Assembly (NCBI GenBank): GCA_963705505.1 | Contig: CAVPJU010000010.1 | Location: 28,488-92,487, forward strand | Direction: 5' to 3' | DNA length: 64,000 nucleotides | From: an uncultured bacterium | GTDB taxonomy: Bacteria; Desulfobacterota_D; UBA1144; Nemesobacterales; UBA2774 | In this document: positions 19,667 to 29,678 of the stretch, piece after piece | Numbering within the stretch: position 1 is the first letter of the stretch | Layout of the letters: each line of letters begins with the position of its first letter | The notes under the pieces: generated by a model | Database searches by the model: none | Told to the model about the DNA's origin: nothing | The model's input: only the letters and a program-made list of their open reading frames with translations | Translations under genes and position numbers: made by a program

Positions 19667-20671
19667 TCAGCTCCTGGCACACAATTCAAGCACGAGCTTC
19701 GTTAGCACGAAGCTCTTAGGCACGTAGCTCAGCTTGAGCTTCCTATCGCACTCGGCGAGCGCCTCCATTATGCGCGCTATGTCCTCGTACGTGAACTTTT
19801 TCAGATCCTCGCTCAGGTAATAGTACTGTCCGGGGGAAATCTTCAGCTCCTTGATCATCTCCGCCTGCGGCGTCTTCTTGTCCAGGAGCTCCTTCGCCCT
19901 CCATATTAGCCTGAACCTCCAGGTCAGAAGCCCCAGTATGGACAGAGGCTCCTCGCCGGCCGCTTCGAGATCACTCAAAACCATGTGGGCTGTCCGCTTG
20001 TCTCTTTTAGAGACCGCATTTATGAGCTGATAGATGTCGGCGAACTTCGTCTTGCTCGTAAGGCTCTCGACGTCGTTTGGTCCTATGGTCTTTTTGTCCC
20101 CTTTGTATATCGAAATCTTTATAAGCTCGTTGTGTATCTCCTGGAGGTCATCCCCGACGAGGCCGATCAGGGTCTCGGCTCCAGCGTTTGTAATTTCGTA
20201 TCCGAGCCTCCGTGCTTCCTCCTTCACCGCGGACATAGCGTCACCCTTCCCGAGTGTGAAGTCGAATACGGATACGTTTTTCCCTCCGCCGAGCCTGGGT
20301 TTCTTCCCCTCGGAAAATATGAGGACGAGGCACGCCGCAGGCGATGGGGACGATATATAAGGTTCGAGCGCGGTAAGCTCCTTAGCCGATAATTTGTCGG
20401 CGTTTTTCACCACAATGAGCTTCTTTTTCGAGAACATCGGGTATGTGCTCGCGTTATCCGCGATCTCCTTCCCCGACGCGCTTTCCCCGTGGAAGACTAT
20501 GTAATTTATATCCCCCGAAGGGCCGAGAAGCTTTTGCCTTAGCTCAGATACCGCCTTCTCAATGAGATATGACTGGTCTCCCGTGAATACGAGCACCGGC
20601 GCGGGATCGCCCGAAGCTATGTAATCCGTGAAGTCATCCGAGCCTGATTTCCCCCTGGGTTTTTGTTTCAT
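19667..20671 (-). CDS. holA: DNA polymerase III subunit delta
   Basis: 334 aa, HolA-like. Convergent with rpsT. Confidence 0.8.
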   Translation of the reverse strand: MKQKPRGKSGSDDFTDYIASGDPAPVLVFTGDQSYLIEKAVSELRQKLLGPSGDINYIVFHGESASGKEIADNASTYPMFSKKKLIVVKNADKLSAKELTALEPYISSPSPAACLVLIFSEGKKPRLGGGKNVSVFDFTLGKGDAMSAVKEEARRLGYEITNAGAETLIGLVGDDLQEIHNELIKISIYKGDKKTIGPNDVESLTSKTKFADIYQLINAVSKRDKRTAHMVLSDLEAAGEEPLSILGLLTWRFRLIWRAKELLDKKTPQAEMIKELKISPGQYYYLSEDLKKFTYEDIARIMEALAECDRKLKLSYVPKSFVLTKLVLELCARS

Positions 20672-20805
20672 CTTCGGTTCACGTATCGGATGGATTAATC
20701 ATCGCGCCTGAAAGCGGGATGGATTACAGGTGAGTATATTCGAGCGCGGGAGGGGAGGCAAGCGGGCTGGAAAGGGGCGCGCAATCGTTTACACTCTACA
20801 CTGAA

Positions 20806-21477
20806 ATGGACTCGGACACGAAAGGCGTTATAAGCTGGGAATACCTCGGCACCGTGAGTTATTCCGACGGCTTGGCGCTCCAGAACGAGCGGCGCGAGAG
20901 AATGCGCTCGGGAGGCTCCGGTACAGGCGGCTACCTTCTCCTCCTCCAGCATCACCCCGTCATCACGGACGGCAGGTTCGGGCGCGGCGGCAACATCATA
21001 CTCACGCCCGAAGCGATGGAGAAGCGCGGCGTCGAGTTATATAAAACCGAGAGGGGAGGGGACGTCACGTTCCACGGCCCCGGCCAGCTCGTCGCGTACC
21101 CGATAATCGATCTCCGGGCTTTCGGTCTCGGGGCGAAAGCCTACGTCGGCGCTCTCGAGGACACCGTCGTACGCGTGATCGGGGATTTCGGTCTGCAAGG
21201 TGTGCGCATGGAGAAGCTTCGCGGCGTCTGGGCTTACGGAGGCAAGATCGCGTCTGTCGGGGTCTCGGTCAGGGGCGGAATAACCATGCACGGCTGCGCG
21301 CTTAACGTGAATACCGACCTCAGCTATTTCTCCATGATAATCCCCTGCGGCATCGAGGGCGTTATGATAACGTCGATGAAGGATATTCTGGACGAGGAGA
21401 TCGACTTCGAAGCGGTTAGCGCATCGTTCGTCCGTCATTTCGGCGAGGTCTTCAAAGCCGAGATGAGAAGTTCGTAG
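20806..21477 (+). CDS. lipB: lipoyl(octanoyl) transferase
   Basis: LipB motifs: LLLLQHHPV.T.G, ...RGGDVTFHGPGQLV.YP..., catalytic Cys in IPCG. Confidence 0.88.
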   Translation: MDSDTKGVISWEYLGTVSYSDGLALQNERRERMRSGGSGTGGYLLLLQHHPVITDGRFGRGGNIILTPEAMEKRGVELYKTERGGDVTFHGPGQLVAYPIIDLRAFGLGAKAYVGALEDTVVRVIGDFGLQGVRMEKLRGVWAYGGKIASVGVSVRGGITMHGCALNVNTDLSYFSMIIPCGIEGVMITSMKDILDEEIDFEAVSASFVRHFGEVFKAEMRSS

Positions 21478-21793
21478 CACTCGTGCCCCAAAACTACCCT
21501 GATAGCAGCACGAAAGCAGACCGATTACGTCATTTCATGTTTCAATCCATCATCCTGACAGCATATACCCTTAAGCAATATGCTGATTGGCTATTATCTA
21601 TTATACGGTGTCATTCCCGCAACGATTGCGCACGAGTAAGCAATCGGACGCCATGACAACAAAGGCACCGACGTAAAATAACTCCTGCCTGAATGTTGCT
21701 GAAGTCCAAATAGGGGTAGGGAGGATTTTAAGTTCGTCGTTATTATATGATTATCTAAGTAGTTTTGAACAATTGATAATTCAATGCCTAGAG

Positions 21794-22219
21794 TTATCCC
21801 CCGCAAAGCTCGAGCGCATTGAAGAAGTAGCCGATCTCGAACGCGGCAGATTCGGGCGAGTCCGAACCGTGTACGGTATTCTCCTCGATGCTCGTCGCGA
21901 AATCCTTCCTTATTGTCCCTTCAGCGGCCTGGGCGGGATTGGTGGCCCCCATAATCTCTCTATTTTTGGCGATGGCGTTCTCCCCTTCGAGCACCATCAG
22001 GACGACAGGGCCCCGCGACATGAAATCGGTCAGGCTCCCGTAAAAGGGCCTATCCTTGTGCACTATGTAGAAGCCCTCCGCGTCCTTTTTGGTGAGCTTT
22101 ACCATTTTGAGAGCAGCGATTCTGAGCCCGTTCTTCTCGAACCTGCTTATGACTTCTCCGATTACGTTTTTTTCGACACCGTCAGGTTTTATGATCGATA
22201 AAGTGCGTTCCAATTTCAT
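21794..22219 (-). CDS. ndk: nucleoside diphosphate kinase
   Basis: 141 aa: [12 protein letters not shown]..., NxxHGSD active site. Confidence 0.93.
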   Translation of the reverse strand: MKLERTLSIIKPDGVEKNVIGEVISRFEKNGLRIAALKMVKLTKKDAEGFYIVHKDRPFYGSLTDFMSRGPVVLMVLEGENAIAKNREIMGATNPAQAAEGTIRKDFATSIEENTVHGSDSPESAAFEIGYFFNALELCGG

Positions 22220-22709
22220 GCCTCCAGGTTATTTTTGCCCCTTAATTTTTTCGGCAAATTCAGTTTTGTCAAATGCCGGGCGCCCCGCGGCCCCATGTCC
22301 CTTATCCCCGAGCGAAGGGTTTTACAGCCCTATTTCATTCCGGGAGTCCCCATTATCTGCCGCAACTATTCGGTTTCCGGCAAAAATACTGAAAATTAAC
22401 TCTTGCCCTATTTGCTTTCATGCCCGATAATTAAATATAGACCGGATTATACGCTTTATGTCCGGTAATGGATGATGGAATAAGACTCGGAGGTGTCCCG
22501 GTCTTTTCATCGGCATACGGACTATATGACTTACGGTTCATCGGCGATCCCGGCTCTCAGGGTACGGAGATTGCGACATATTTTACTGCCCCGCTCATTT
22601 TTAGGAGCTTATTTTTCTCTCCCGGTAAGGAAAAATTCTGTAAATATGATAAATTAATACCTGTTATGGTACGGGATGATGAGACCGCGCCGCCAAGAGA
22701 AGGGAAAAC

Positions 22710-24773
22710 ATGTTAATTCTGGATAAGAGGAAATACGAGAGAATCGTATCGGATCTTATTGACGCAAAGGATATAAGGGAAATCGTCGATAAGTTCTCGA
22801 TAGACAGGATTTATTACTACCACGTACTTAAGGATATATCTTCGGGACAGCGCTCGCCTAATTTCAAACACCTTCAGAGTATAGCCCGGAAGAGGAAGCT
22901 CAGCGAAAATTTCATTATAGAGCAGTCAAAATCGGTCCTGAATTATTTCGTACCGTACTATCAGAGCTACCCGACCGACTCGCTCGACTACTACAAGATA
23001 CTGAATGTCCCCCGCAACGCCGCTGAGGAAGAGATAAGGCGGAGCTGGATAGAGCTCATGAAATCCCACCACCCGGACAAGGCGGGGGCAGATGGGCTGG
23101 ACGCCGCGAAAAAGATAAACGAAGCCTATGATGTCCTGGGCAACAGCACTAAAAGGGAGGCGTACGACAATAAGCACCTCCCCGCGATGCCCGTCATAAT
23201 CCCCGACAGCGGGCTCAGGAGATACTACTATGCAGTGCCGATCGCTCTCACCATATTCGTGGTGCTTATGTACGCCCTGGGCTCGGGACTCATATTCAAA
23301 TCTCAGGAAGAAAAAGAAAGGCTCGCAAGGGTGATAGAAGACCCGAGCATCCCCAATGCCGTCTATAAGGGCGATTTAATGAAAGACGAATCCGATGAAA
23401 AAGCTGCTTCCGAAATAAAACCCGTCGAGCCCGCCGGCGATACGAACAGGATGATAGCGGAGAGGGAGAAGGAATCAGTCGAAGCCGGAAATAATCAGGA
23501 ACAGAGAGGGGCCGAAATACCCGCTGAGGAGACTCTTGCCGAAAGTCGTAGTGCCGCGGAAATGAAGACGGAATCAGCGGCTGCGGAGTCGCCGGATAAA
23601 AAGGTTCCGGAAGAAACGGCGGAGAAGCCCGGGGCAATAGAAGTCGCCGATGCGGATAAAGGCGAGGTACCGCCTGTAGCGGCCGAGCCTGAAAAAAAGT
23701 TGGAGATAACCGAAATAATTCCCGATAAAGAGGAAAAGGCCGCTCCTGCCGAGGAAAAATCAGCCGGGGGTGAAAAGGTTCTGGCCGAAGCCGGCAGCGC
23801 TGAAATAAAAGAGAACCCAGAGGAAAATGAGAATACGGACAAGGCTGTTCCCGAGAAAAAGACGGAGGCTCAGCCGAAGGACGAGGAGCCCGTCAAGAAG
23901 GCGGTTATAGCCGAAAAGGCCCCGGAACCCGGTTCGGGGACGGAAGAGACGGCTAAAATTGCCGTACCCGAAAAAGAAGGAACATATACCGGCGGCACGT
24001 ATCATACCGTCAAGAAAGGCGAGTCGTTATGGACGATAGCCCGCAAGTTCGACACGACTACCGCCGAGCTTACCAGGCTCAATAACATTGGGAACAGCAA
24101 GATAAACATCGGCGATAGATTATTAATATCCGGCAACGGTGTCCCTCTCCGCGAGACCGATTCAGGGCCCGGCATTATGGCAAGAAAGGCGGAGGCTGCT
24201 GAACCCGCTCCCGTTACTGCGGCAAAGAAGCCGGAAATCCCCAAGACTATAATTACAAAAACGGAACTAAACGGAAAGTCCCCGGAAAAGTCGGATATCG
24301 CCGCTGATTTCAATCCCGAGCTCGCCACCTCGGCCGTGGCGATAAGGAATACCGAGGTCAGGGCTCCCGCGCCCGCTCCGCCTGTTTCCTCGCCGGACAC
24401 GAACTCGCTTTACTCTTTTGTTTCCAGTTACGTATCCGCTTACAAGAACAGGGACCTGGACCGTGTGAAGGCACTTTTTGCGCCTGATGCCGTCGAGAAC
24501 GGCGTCAGCATAGCGAGGGTGCTCAGCAGCTACAGCTCGAACTTCTCAAAGCTCGAGATAGTCAGCTACGACGTAAAGGTCAAAAGGGCAACCCTTCAGA
24601 ATTCCCTGGGGTACGTAAGAGGGGATTTTTTCATAACGTTCAAGGACCAGCGCACGGGCGTGCTCAAGAACTCGAGAGGGAATATCAACTGGAAACTTGC
24701 CTGGGCGGGAGGCGCGTGGAAGATCCAGGAGCTTACCTATAAAATCGAATCAACCGATTCTGTCGGCGGATAA
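22710..24773 (+). CDS. J-domain / LysM-domain membrane protein with C-terminal NTF2-like (SnoaL/DUF4440-like) domain
   Basis: 687 aa. J domain with HPD (DYYKILNV...HPDKAG), one TM helix, ~250 aa of E/A/K/P-rich low complexity, a LysM (TYHTVKKGESLWTIARKF...), and a C-terminal ~130-aa globular domain. Confidence 0.65.
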   Translation: MLILDKRKYERIVSDLIDAKDIREIVDKFSIDRIYYYHVLKDISSGQRSPNFKHLQSIARKRKLSENFIIEQSKSVLNYFVPYYQSYPTDSLDYYKILNVPRNAAEEEIRRSWIELMKSHHPDKAGADGLDAAKKINEAYDVLGNSTKREAYDNKHLPAMPVIIPDSGLRRYYYAVPIALTIFVVLMYALGSGLIFKSQEEKERLARVIEDPSIPNAVYKGDLMKDESDEKAASEIKPVEPAGDTNRMIAEREKESVEAGNNQEQRGAEIPAEETLAESRSAAEMKTESAAAESPDKKVPEETAEKPGAIEVADADKGEVPPVAAEPEKKLEITEIIPDKEEKAAPAEEKSAGGEKVLAEAGSAEIKENPEENENTDKAVPEKKTEAQPKDEEPVKKAVIAEKAPEPGSGTEETAKIAVPEKEGTYTGGTYHTVKKGESLWTIARKFDTTTAELTRLNNIGNSKINIGDRLLISGNGVPLRETDSGPGIMARKAEAAEPAPVTAAKKPEIPKTIITKTELNGKSPEKSDIAADFNPELATSAVAIRNTEVRAPAPAPPVSSPDTNSLYSFVSSYVSAYKNRDLDRVKALFAPDAVENGVSIARVLSSYSSNFSKLEIVSYDVKVKRATLQNSLGYVRGDFFITFKDQRTGVLKNSRGNINWKLAWAGGAWKIQELTYKIESTDSVGG

Positions 24774-25053
24774 TAAGATAAGCCGGCGGCGTACCCCGGA
24801 GAAAATTAAACCTTTATAACTTCACAGGATAGGGAGAACGCATCTAAACTTACCGAAGCGGCGGGGATAGGGAATTATTATCCGCGGAGGAGTTCATCAT
24901 ACGGCATACGAGCCGATATCGCGTGACGGCGCAAATATAACAAAAACTGTTCAAAAGGCGGTTAGTCGGGTAGTTTTTAGCTTCTTTAACAATTTAAATT
25001 GCCGTGCTGAAAGCCGTAATTGCGGTGAATTCTTGGCAAGCCAAAAAAGGGAG

Positions 25054-25341
25054 ATGGTATTCGAAATGGCTATATCAGGCAGAAGAAAAAAGAAAGACGC
25101 GAAGAAGAACATTTTAAAAAGGATATGGGACGGATGGAAGAAGATCGCGAGAAAAATAGGCGACTTCAATGCGAGGGTGATACTTACGATTTTTTATTTC
25201 GTGCTGCTTCTGCCCTTTGCTCTGGTGGTCAAATTTTTTACCGATCCCCTTGAGATAAAAAAGGGTGCCAAAAAAGGGTGGCAGGTAAAGGAGGAGAAGG
25301 CCGACATTCCTCCCATGGAAAGGGCGGCGAGGCAGTTTTAA
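25054..25341 (+). CDS. SxtJ-like small membrane protein (short form)
   Basis: C-terminal half matches the SxtJ consensus N.R(I/V)IL.(I/V)FY..L.P..LV......DPL (FNARVILTIFYFVLLLPFALVVKFFTDPL). ATG sits just after AAGGGAG; the ORF track starts it at an upstream TTG. Confidence 0.55.
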   Translation: MVFEMAISGRRKKKDAKKNILKRIWDGWKKIARKIGDFNARVILTIFYFVLLLPFALVVKFFTDPLEIKKGAKKGWQVKEEKADIPPMERAARQF

Positions 25342-25390
25342 ACGCATTTTATAGAGGAATTTGCCGGGGGTCAGCCCGCACGGAGACAAT

Positions 25391-27178
25391 ATGAATATTC
25401 TTGGAATTTCCTGTTACTTTCACGACGCGGCGGCCGCGCTCATCAAGGACGGAGTGCTTGTCGCGGCGGCCGAGGAAGAGAGGTTCAGCCGTATTAAACA
25501 TGATTACGAATTCCCTGAGAACGCGATAGAGTTCTGCCTCGAGATGGGCGGCATCGAAACCGGCGACCTGGACTATGTAATGTTTTTTGAAAAGCCCTTC
25601 ATCAAGTTCGAGAGGCTCCTTCTGTGCTCCATGCAGACCTACCCCCGCTCGATGAAGCTCTTCAGGGAAGCCATGGTCACATGGCTCGGCGACAAGCTCT
25701 GGGTGAAGCACCTGCTTCTTAAGAAGCTCGGAGTCCCCGCGTCCAAGGTCCTCTTCAGCGAACACCACCTCTCGCATGCCGCGAGCAGCTTCTACTGCTC
25801 CCCATTCGACGAGGCCGCGATACTGACGGTAGACGGTGTGGGTGAATGGACGACGGCTGCGCTCGGAGTGGGTAAAGGCACCGACATAAAGCTCCTTAAG
25901 GAAATAAGGTTCCCGCATTCACTGGGCCTGCTGTATAGCGCATTTACGGCTTTTCTCGGCTTCGAGGTAAACGAGGGGGAGTACAAAGTCATGGGAATGG
26001 CGCCATTCGGCCAGCCCAAATATGTAGATAAGGTCTACGAGCTTGTCCATGTGGACGACGACGGCGGGTTCGAGCTCGATATGGATTACTTCTGTTTCCA
26101 CTACTCGTCCGAAAAGACCTTCAACAAGAAGTTCGAAAAGCTGTTCGGAGACCCGAGGGACCAGAAGGCGCATTTCTTCACCCCCTCGACCGGATACCCT
26201 TCATATTTCGGAGACAGGCCCCCGAATTTCGACGAGCTTGGGAAACAGAACCAGTACTACGCCGACATAGCGGCGAGCATACAGGTGGTGACCGAGCAGA
26301 TAATGCTCAAAATGGCGCAGTACGCCTACAGGGAGACGGGCATCAACAAGCTCTGCATGGCAGGCGGTGTAGCGCTCAACAGTGTGGCGAACAGAAAAAT
26401 ACTGGCGGAGACGCCTTTTGACGATATATATATCCAGCCGGCTGCGGGCGATGGAGGCGGAGCCGTGGGCGCCGCGCTTTACGGTTATCATGCGCTTCTG
26501 GGCAAGCCCAGGAATTTCGTAATGGAGCACGCATACTGGGGCGAGGAGCACAGCGCCTCCGATACGGAGGAATTCCTCAAGGAAAACAACATACCTTACG
26601 AGAGGCTCGAAGACGACGAGAAGCTCATCGGGCGGGTGGTCGATAACCTCACTCGGGGGAAGGTCATCGGGTGGCATCAGGGGAGGTTCGAATGGGGGCC
26701 GCGCGCTCTCGGGAACAGGAGCATCCTGGCCGACCCGAGGAGGGCCGACATGAAAGATATAGTCAACGTAAAAATAAAGTTCAGGGAGCCTTTCCGTCCG
26801 TTCGCGCCTTCCGTGCTCGAGGAGAAGGCCGGGGATTATTTCGCGCTCGACGATCCGGCGAGGCATTACCCGGCGCGTTTCATGCTCTATGTGACGGACG
26901 TACACGAGGACAAGCGCGGCGTGCTGCCGGCTATAACGCACGTGGACGGGACCGGGAGGCTTCAGACCGTGAAGAGGGAGCTCAACCCCAAATACTACAG
27001 GCTCATCGAGACATTCGGCGATGCAACGGGCGTGCCGGTTGTGCTCAACACATCGTTCAACCTCAAGGGCGAGCCGATAGTGAACACGCCCGGAGAGGCG
27101 TTCAACTCATTCAGCAAGAGCGGGATGGACGTTCTCGTACTCGGAAATTATTTAATAGACAAGGAAAAACTTCCTTAA
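25391..27178 (+). CDS. O-carbamoyltransferase, NodU/CmcH/SxtI family
   Basis: ~595 aa: MNILGIS.YFHD(A/S)AAAL..., central ATP/carbamoyl-phosphate region, YrdC-like and Kae1/HypF-like C-terminal half. Confidence 0.88.
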   Translation: MNILGISCYFHDAAAALIKDGVLVAAAEEERFSRIKHDYEFPENAIEFCLEMGGIETGDLDYVMFFEKPFIKFERLLLCSMQTYPRSMKLFREAMVTWLGDKLWVKHLLLKKLGVPASKVLFSEHHLSHAASSFYCSPFDEAAILTVDGVGEWTTAALGVGKGTDIKLLKEIRFPHSLGLLYSAFTAFLGFEVNEGEYKVMGMAPFGQPKYVDKVYELVHVDDDGGFELDMDYFCFHYSSEKTFNKKFEKLFGDPRDQKAHFFTPSTGYPSYFGDRPPNFDELGKQNQYYADIAASIQVVTEQIMLKMAQYAYRETGINKLCMAGGVALNSVANRKILAETPFDDIYIQPAAGDGGGAVGAALYGYHALLGKPRNFVMEHAYWGEEHSASDTEEFLKENNIPYERLEDDEKLIGRVVDNLTRGKVIGWHQGRFEWGPRALGNRSILADPRRADMKDIVNVKIKFREPFRPFAPSVLEEKAGDYFALDDPARHYPARFMLYVTDVHEDKRGVLPAITHVDGTGRLQTVKRELNPKYYRLIETFGDATGVPVVLNTSFNLKGEPIVNTPGEAFNSFSKSGMDVLVLGNYLIDKEKLP

Positions 27179-27245
27179 CTGGCGCGAGGTTAACGAGTGC
27201 TGTAAAATTAGATATAATTTATTATCTCATCGGGGGGATATTCAT

Positions 27246-27425
27246 ATGTCGTTCCTAAAGGGCATAACTGACAGAATGGGCATAATCGGCGAGCTGCTCC
27301 AGTTCTTCATACAGAACAAGTGGTGGTGGATTACGCCGATGATTCTGATACTACTCATATTCGCATTATTGATTATATTTGCGCAGAGCTCCGCAGTGGC
27401 TCCCTTCATATACACGCTATTTTAA
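27246..27425 (+). CDS. DUF5989 (SxtK-like) small membrane protein
   Basis: 59 aa, so not in the ORF track: MSFLKGITDRMGIIGELLQFFIQNKWWWITPMILILLIFALLIIFAQSSAVAPFIYTLF. It carries the highly conserved KWW...P and SSA(I/V)APFIYTLF ends of DUF5989. Confidence 0.75.
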   Translation: MSFLKGITDRMGIIGELLQFFIQNKWWWITPMILILLIFALLIIFAQSSAVAPFIYTLF

Positions 27426-27437
27426 TAGCCGATTCAT

Positions 27438-27470
27438 GCCCGGCCGCGCGCACGGCCGGGCTTCTTCTGT
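27438..27470 (+). terminator. rho-independent terminator after the SxtJ-carbamoyltransferase-DUF5989 operon
   Basis: gcccggccg cgcgca cggccgggc (9-bp GC stem, 6-nt loop) followed by ttcttctgtaatttct. Confidence 0.6.
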
Positions 27471-27824
27471 AATTTCTCAATCGCTCAACTCCCTTACATT
27501 CCGTTTTCACCGGAGCATCCCGGACGTACTCTATACCGGGTTTAATCACACGTTGTACTTCTCCGGTCAGATCTTTTTTATCCGGCAACTTTGATATTTA
27601 CCCTCCGGCAAATAAGGGTATAGAATTAGGGAAAGGGGATGTTATCGGTTTCCATAATTCCGACGACATGTATGCGGTTGTTCAAGTGCTCGGGAGTTTA
27701 TCCGTCCTGCGAGCGGAGAGCTTGCTGAGTGATTATGCGCCGGACCGATCTTTATGCGGCGGGATATGAATCAGTCAGATGCTCGGAATTAAAAGTTGAT
27801 TAAACAACGCGAGAGTGCCACCGG

Positions 27825-28868
27825 ATGAAAAGAGCGGTCATCAGCGGTATTACAGGTCAGGACGGCTCGTACATGACGGAGTTTCTGCTGTCGGTCGGTT
27901 ACGAGGTGCACGGTATCATCAGCTGGTCTAATCCGTCTAAAGACGAATATATAGACCGTTCTTATCTCGATCACGGGGAGCAGGACCCGGGGCTCTACCA
28001 CCATTCCTGGGACACGTCCGATTCCGGGCAGCTCACTAAACTCATTTACGAGATTCATCCTGACGAGGTCTATCACTTCGGGGCCCAGGGCCGCACGAGT
28101 GTCAGGTACGATATGCACGAATTCAGCGGGGATATAACGGGGCTCAGCTCATCGACGATTTTAGAGGCGATAAGGCAGAGCGGCATTAAGTGCAGGTTCT
28201 GTCACGCTTCATCGAGCGAGATATTCGGCTCGACACCGGCTCCGCAGAGAGAGTCTTCCCCTTTCCGCCCGCACAGTCCCTATGCGTGCGCGAAGCTCAT
28301 GTCCCACCTGTCGGCGGTAAACTACAGGGAGGCGTACGGCATATTCGCAGCGAACGGGATACTTTTCAACCACGAGTCCCCGAGGAGGGGAGAGATATTC
28401 GTATCGAGGAAGATAACCAGCGCCGTAGCGCGGATCAAGGCGTGCGAGGAGAGATACCTCATTCTCGGAGACCTCAAGCCAGAAAGGGACTGGGGTTATG
28501 CGCCCGAGTACATAGAGATGATGTGGAAAATGCTCGATAACGATTCACCCTGCGACTACGTGATAGGCACGGGCGAGTCGCATCCGGTGGGGGAGTTCGT
28601 CGAGGAAGCGTTCGCATACGCAGGGCTTGACTGGAACGAGCATGTGAGGATAGACCCGAGGTATTTCCGTACCCCGGAGGCGCCGGTCTTGAAAGCCGAC
28701 CCCTCGAGGGCGAAAATGGAATTGGGATGGGAGCCGCATATCAGGTTCAGGGAGCTTGTAAGGGTCATGGTCGACGCCGATATGAGGGCGCTCGGTCTCG
28801 AGCCTCCGGGACAAGGGGACAGGCTGCTTGAAGAGACGTTCCCCGTGAGCTGGTGGAAGAAGGAATAA
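27825..28868 (+). CDS. gmd: GDP-mannose 4,6-dehydratase
   Basis: 347 aa: ITGITGQDGSY..EFLL..GYEVHGI, SPYA.AKL, NHESPRRGE.FV.RKIT. The usual QASTSE reads HASSSE here. Confidence 0.85.
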   Translation: MKRAVISGITGQDGSYMTEFLLSVGYEVHGIISWSNPSKDEYIDRSYLDHGEQDPGLYHHSWDTSDSGQLTKLIYEIHPDEVYHFGAQGRTSVRYDMHEFSGDITGLSSSTILEAIRQSGIKCRFCHASSSEIFGSTPAPQRESSPFRPHSPYACAKLMSHLSAVNYREAYGIFAANGILFNHESPRRGEIFVSRKITSAVARIKACEERYLILGDLKPERDWGYAPEYIEMMWKMLDNDSPCDYVIGTGESHPVGEFVEEAFAYAGLDWNEHVRIDPRYFRTPEAPVLKADPSRAKMELGWEPHIRFRELVRVMVDADMRALGLEPPGQGDRLLEETFPVSWWKKE

Positions 28869-29044
28869 CCGCCTCACACCGTGAAGCTGTACTCTCACGG
28901 ATACCGCTTTCCCGTCCGACGCTTCGGGGTGTATCGCGATCCGGCGGGAAATAAATTTTGACCTTTCCGTATTTTCCCTTAAACTCTTGTCCGAAAAAAC
29001 GATGATTAATTTATTCTTACCGGAAGGTAAAAGAGGAGGCTTTA

Positions 29045-29647
29045 ATGCAGAGATTTGTTATCCCTCACAATCACGAGATAACTAAAGAGGACAGACGCAA
29101 GCTAAGCGGCCACGGCTCGCTTATCCTTTGGTTCACGGGCCTTCCGTGCTCGGGTAAATCGACGCTCGCAAACGAGGTCGAAAAAAGGCTGATCTCCTCG
29201 GGGGTCAGGACTTTCATTCTCGACGGCGATAACGTCAGGATGGGGCTTTGCAAGGACCTCGGGTTCTCGGAGGCGGACAGGGCGGAGAATATAAGGCGCA
29301 TCGGAGAGGTGTCCAAGCTCTTCGTTCAGGCCGGATGCATAGTGCTTTCGGCATTCGTGAGCCCGTACAGGAGGGACAGGGACGCTGTCAGGGCGCTCGT
29401 CGATGAAGGCGAGTTCGTGGAGGTGTTCGTGAGCGCTCCCCTCGAGGTCTGCGAGCAGAGGGACGTAAAGGGTCTTTACAAGAAGGCGAGAGAGGGGGTT
29501 ATAAAAGGGTTTACAGGAATCGACGACCCCTACGAGGCGCCGCTGAAGCCGGAAATAGTCATAGAGACGGACAAGATGACGCTCGAGAAGGGAGCCGATT
29601 ACATAATCAGCTACCTCGCCGCGAAAAAGGTTTTGAATTCGAACTAA
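29045..29647 (+). CDS. cysC: adenylyl-sulfate (APS) kinase
   Basis: 200 aa: P-loop [17 protein letters not shown], typical CysC. Confidence 0.9.
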   Translation: MQRFVIPHNHEITKEDRRKLSGHGSLILWFTGLPCSGKSTLANEVEKRLISSGVRTFILDGDNVRMGLCKDLGFSEADRAENIRRIGEVSKLFVQAGCIVLSAFVSPYRRDRDAVRALVDEGEFVEVFVSAPLEVCEQRDVKGLYKKAREGVIKGFTGIDDPYEAPLKPEIVIETDKMTLEKGADYIISYLAAKKVLNSN

Positions 29648-29678
29648 CCCGGCAATGGCCGTAGAGGAGATATATAGT

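Noticed and set aside
26201-26941. 246-aa minus-strand ORF and 195-aa plus-strand ORF (26671-27258) overlapping the carbamoyltransferase
   Set aside because: Alternative-frame artefacts. The carbamoyltransferase frame has strong family similarity.
27825-28868. Possible catalytic-site deviation in Gmd (HASSSE instead of QASTSE)
   Set aside because: Thr-to-Ser is conservative and the Tyr-xxx-Lys pair is intact. It is most likely a functional GDP-mannose 4,6-dehydratase and not remarkable by itself.
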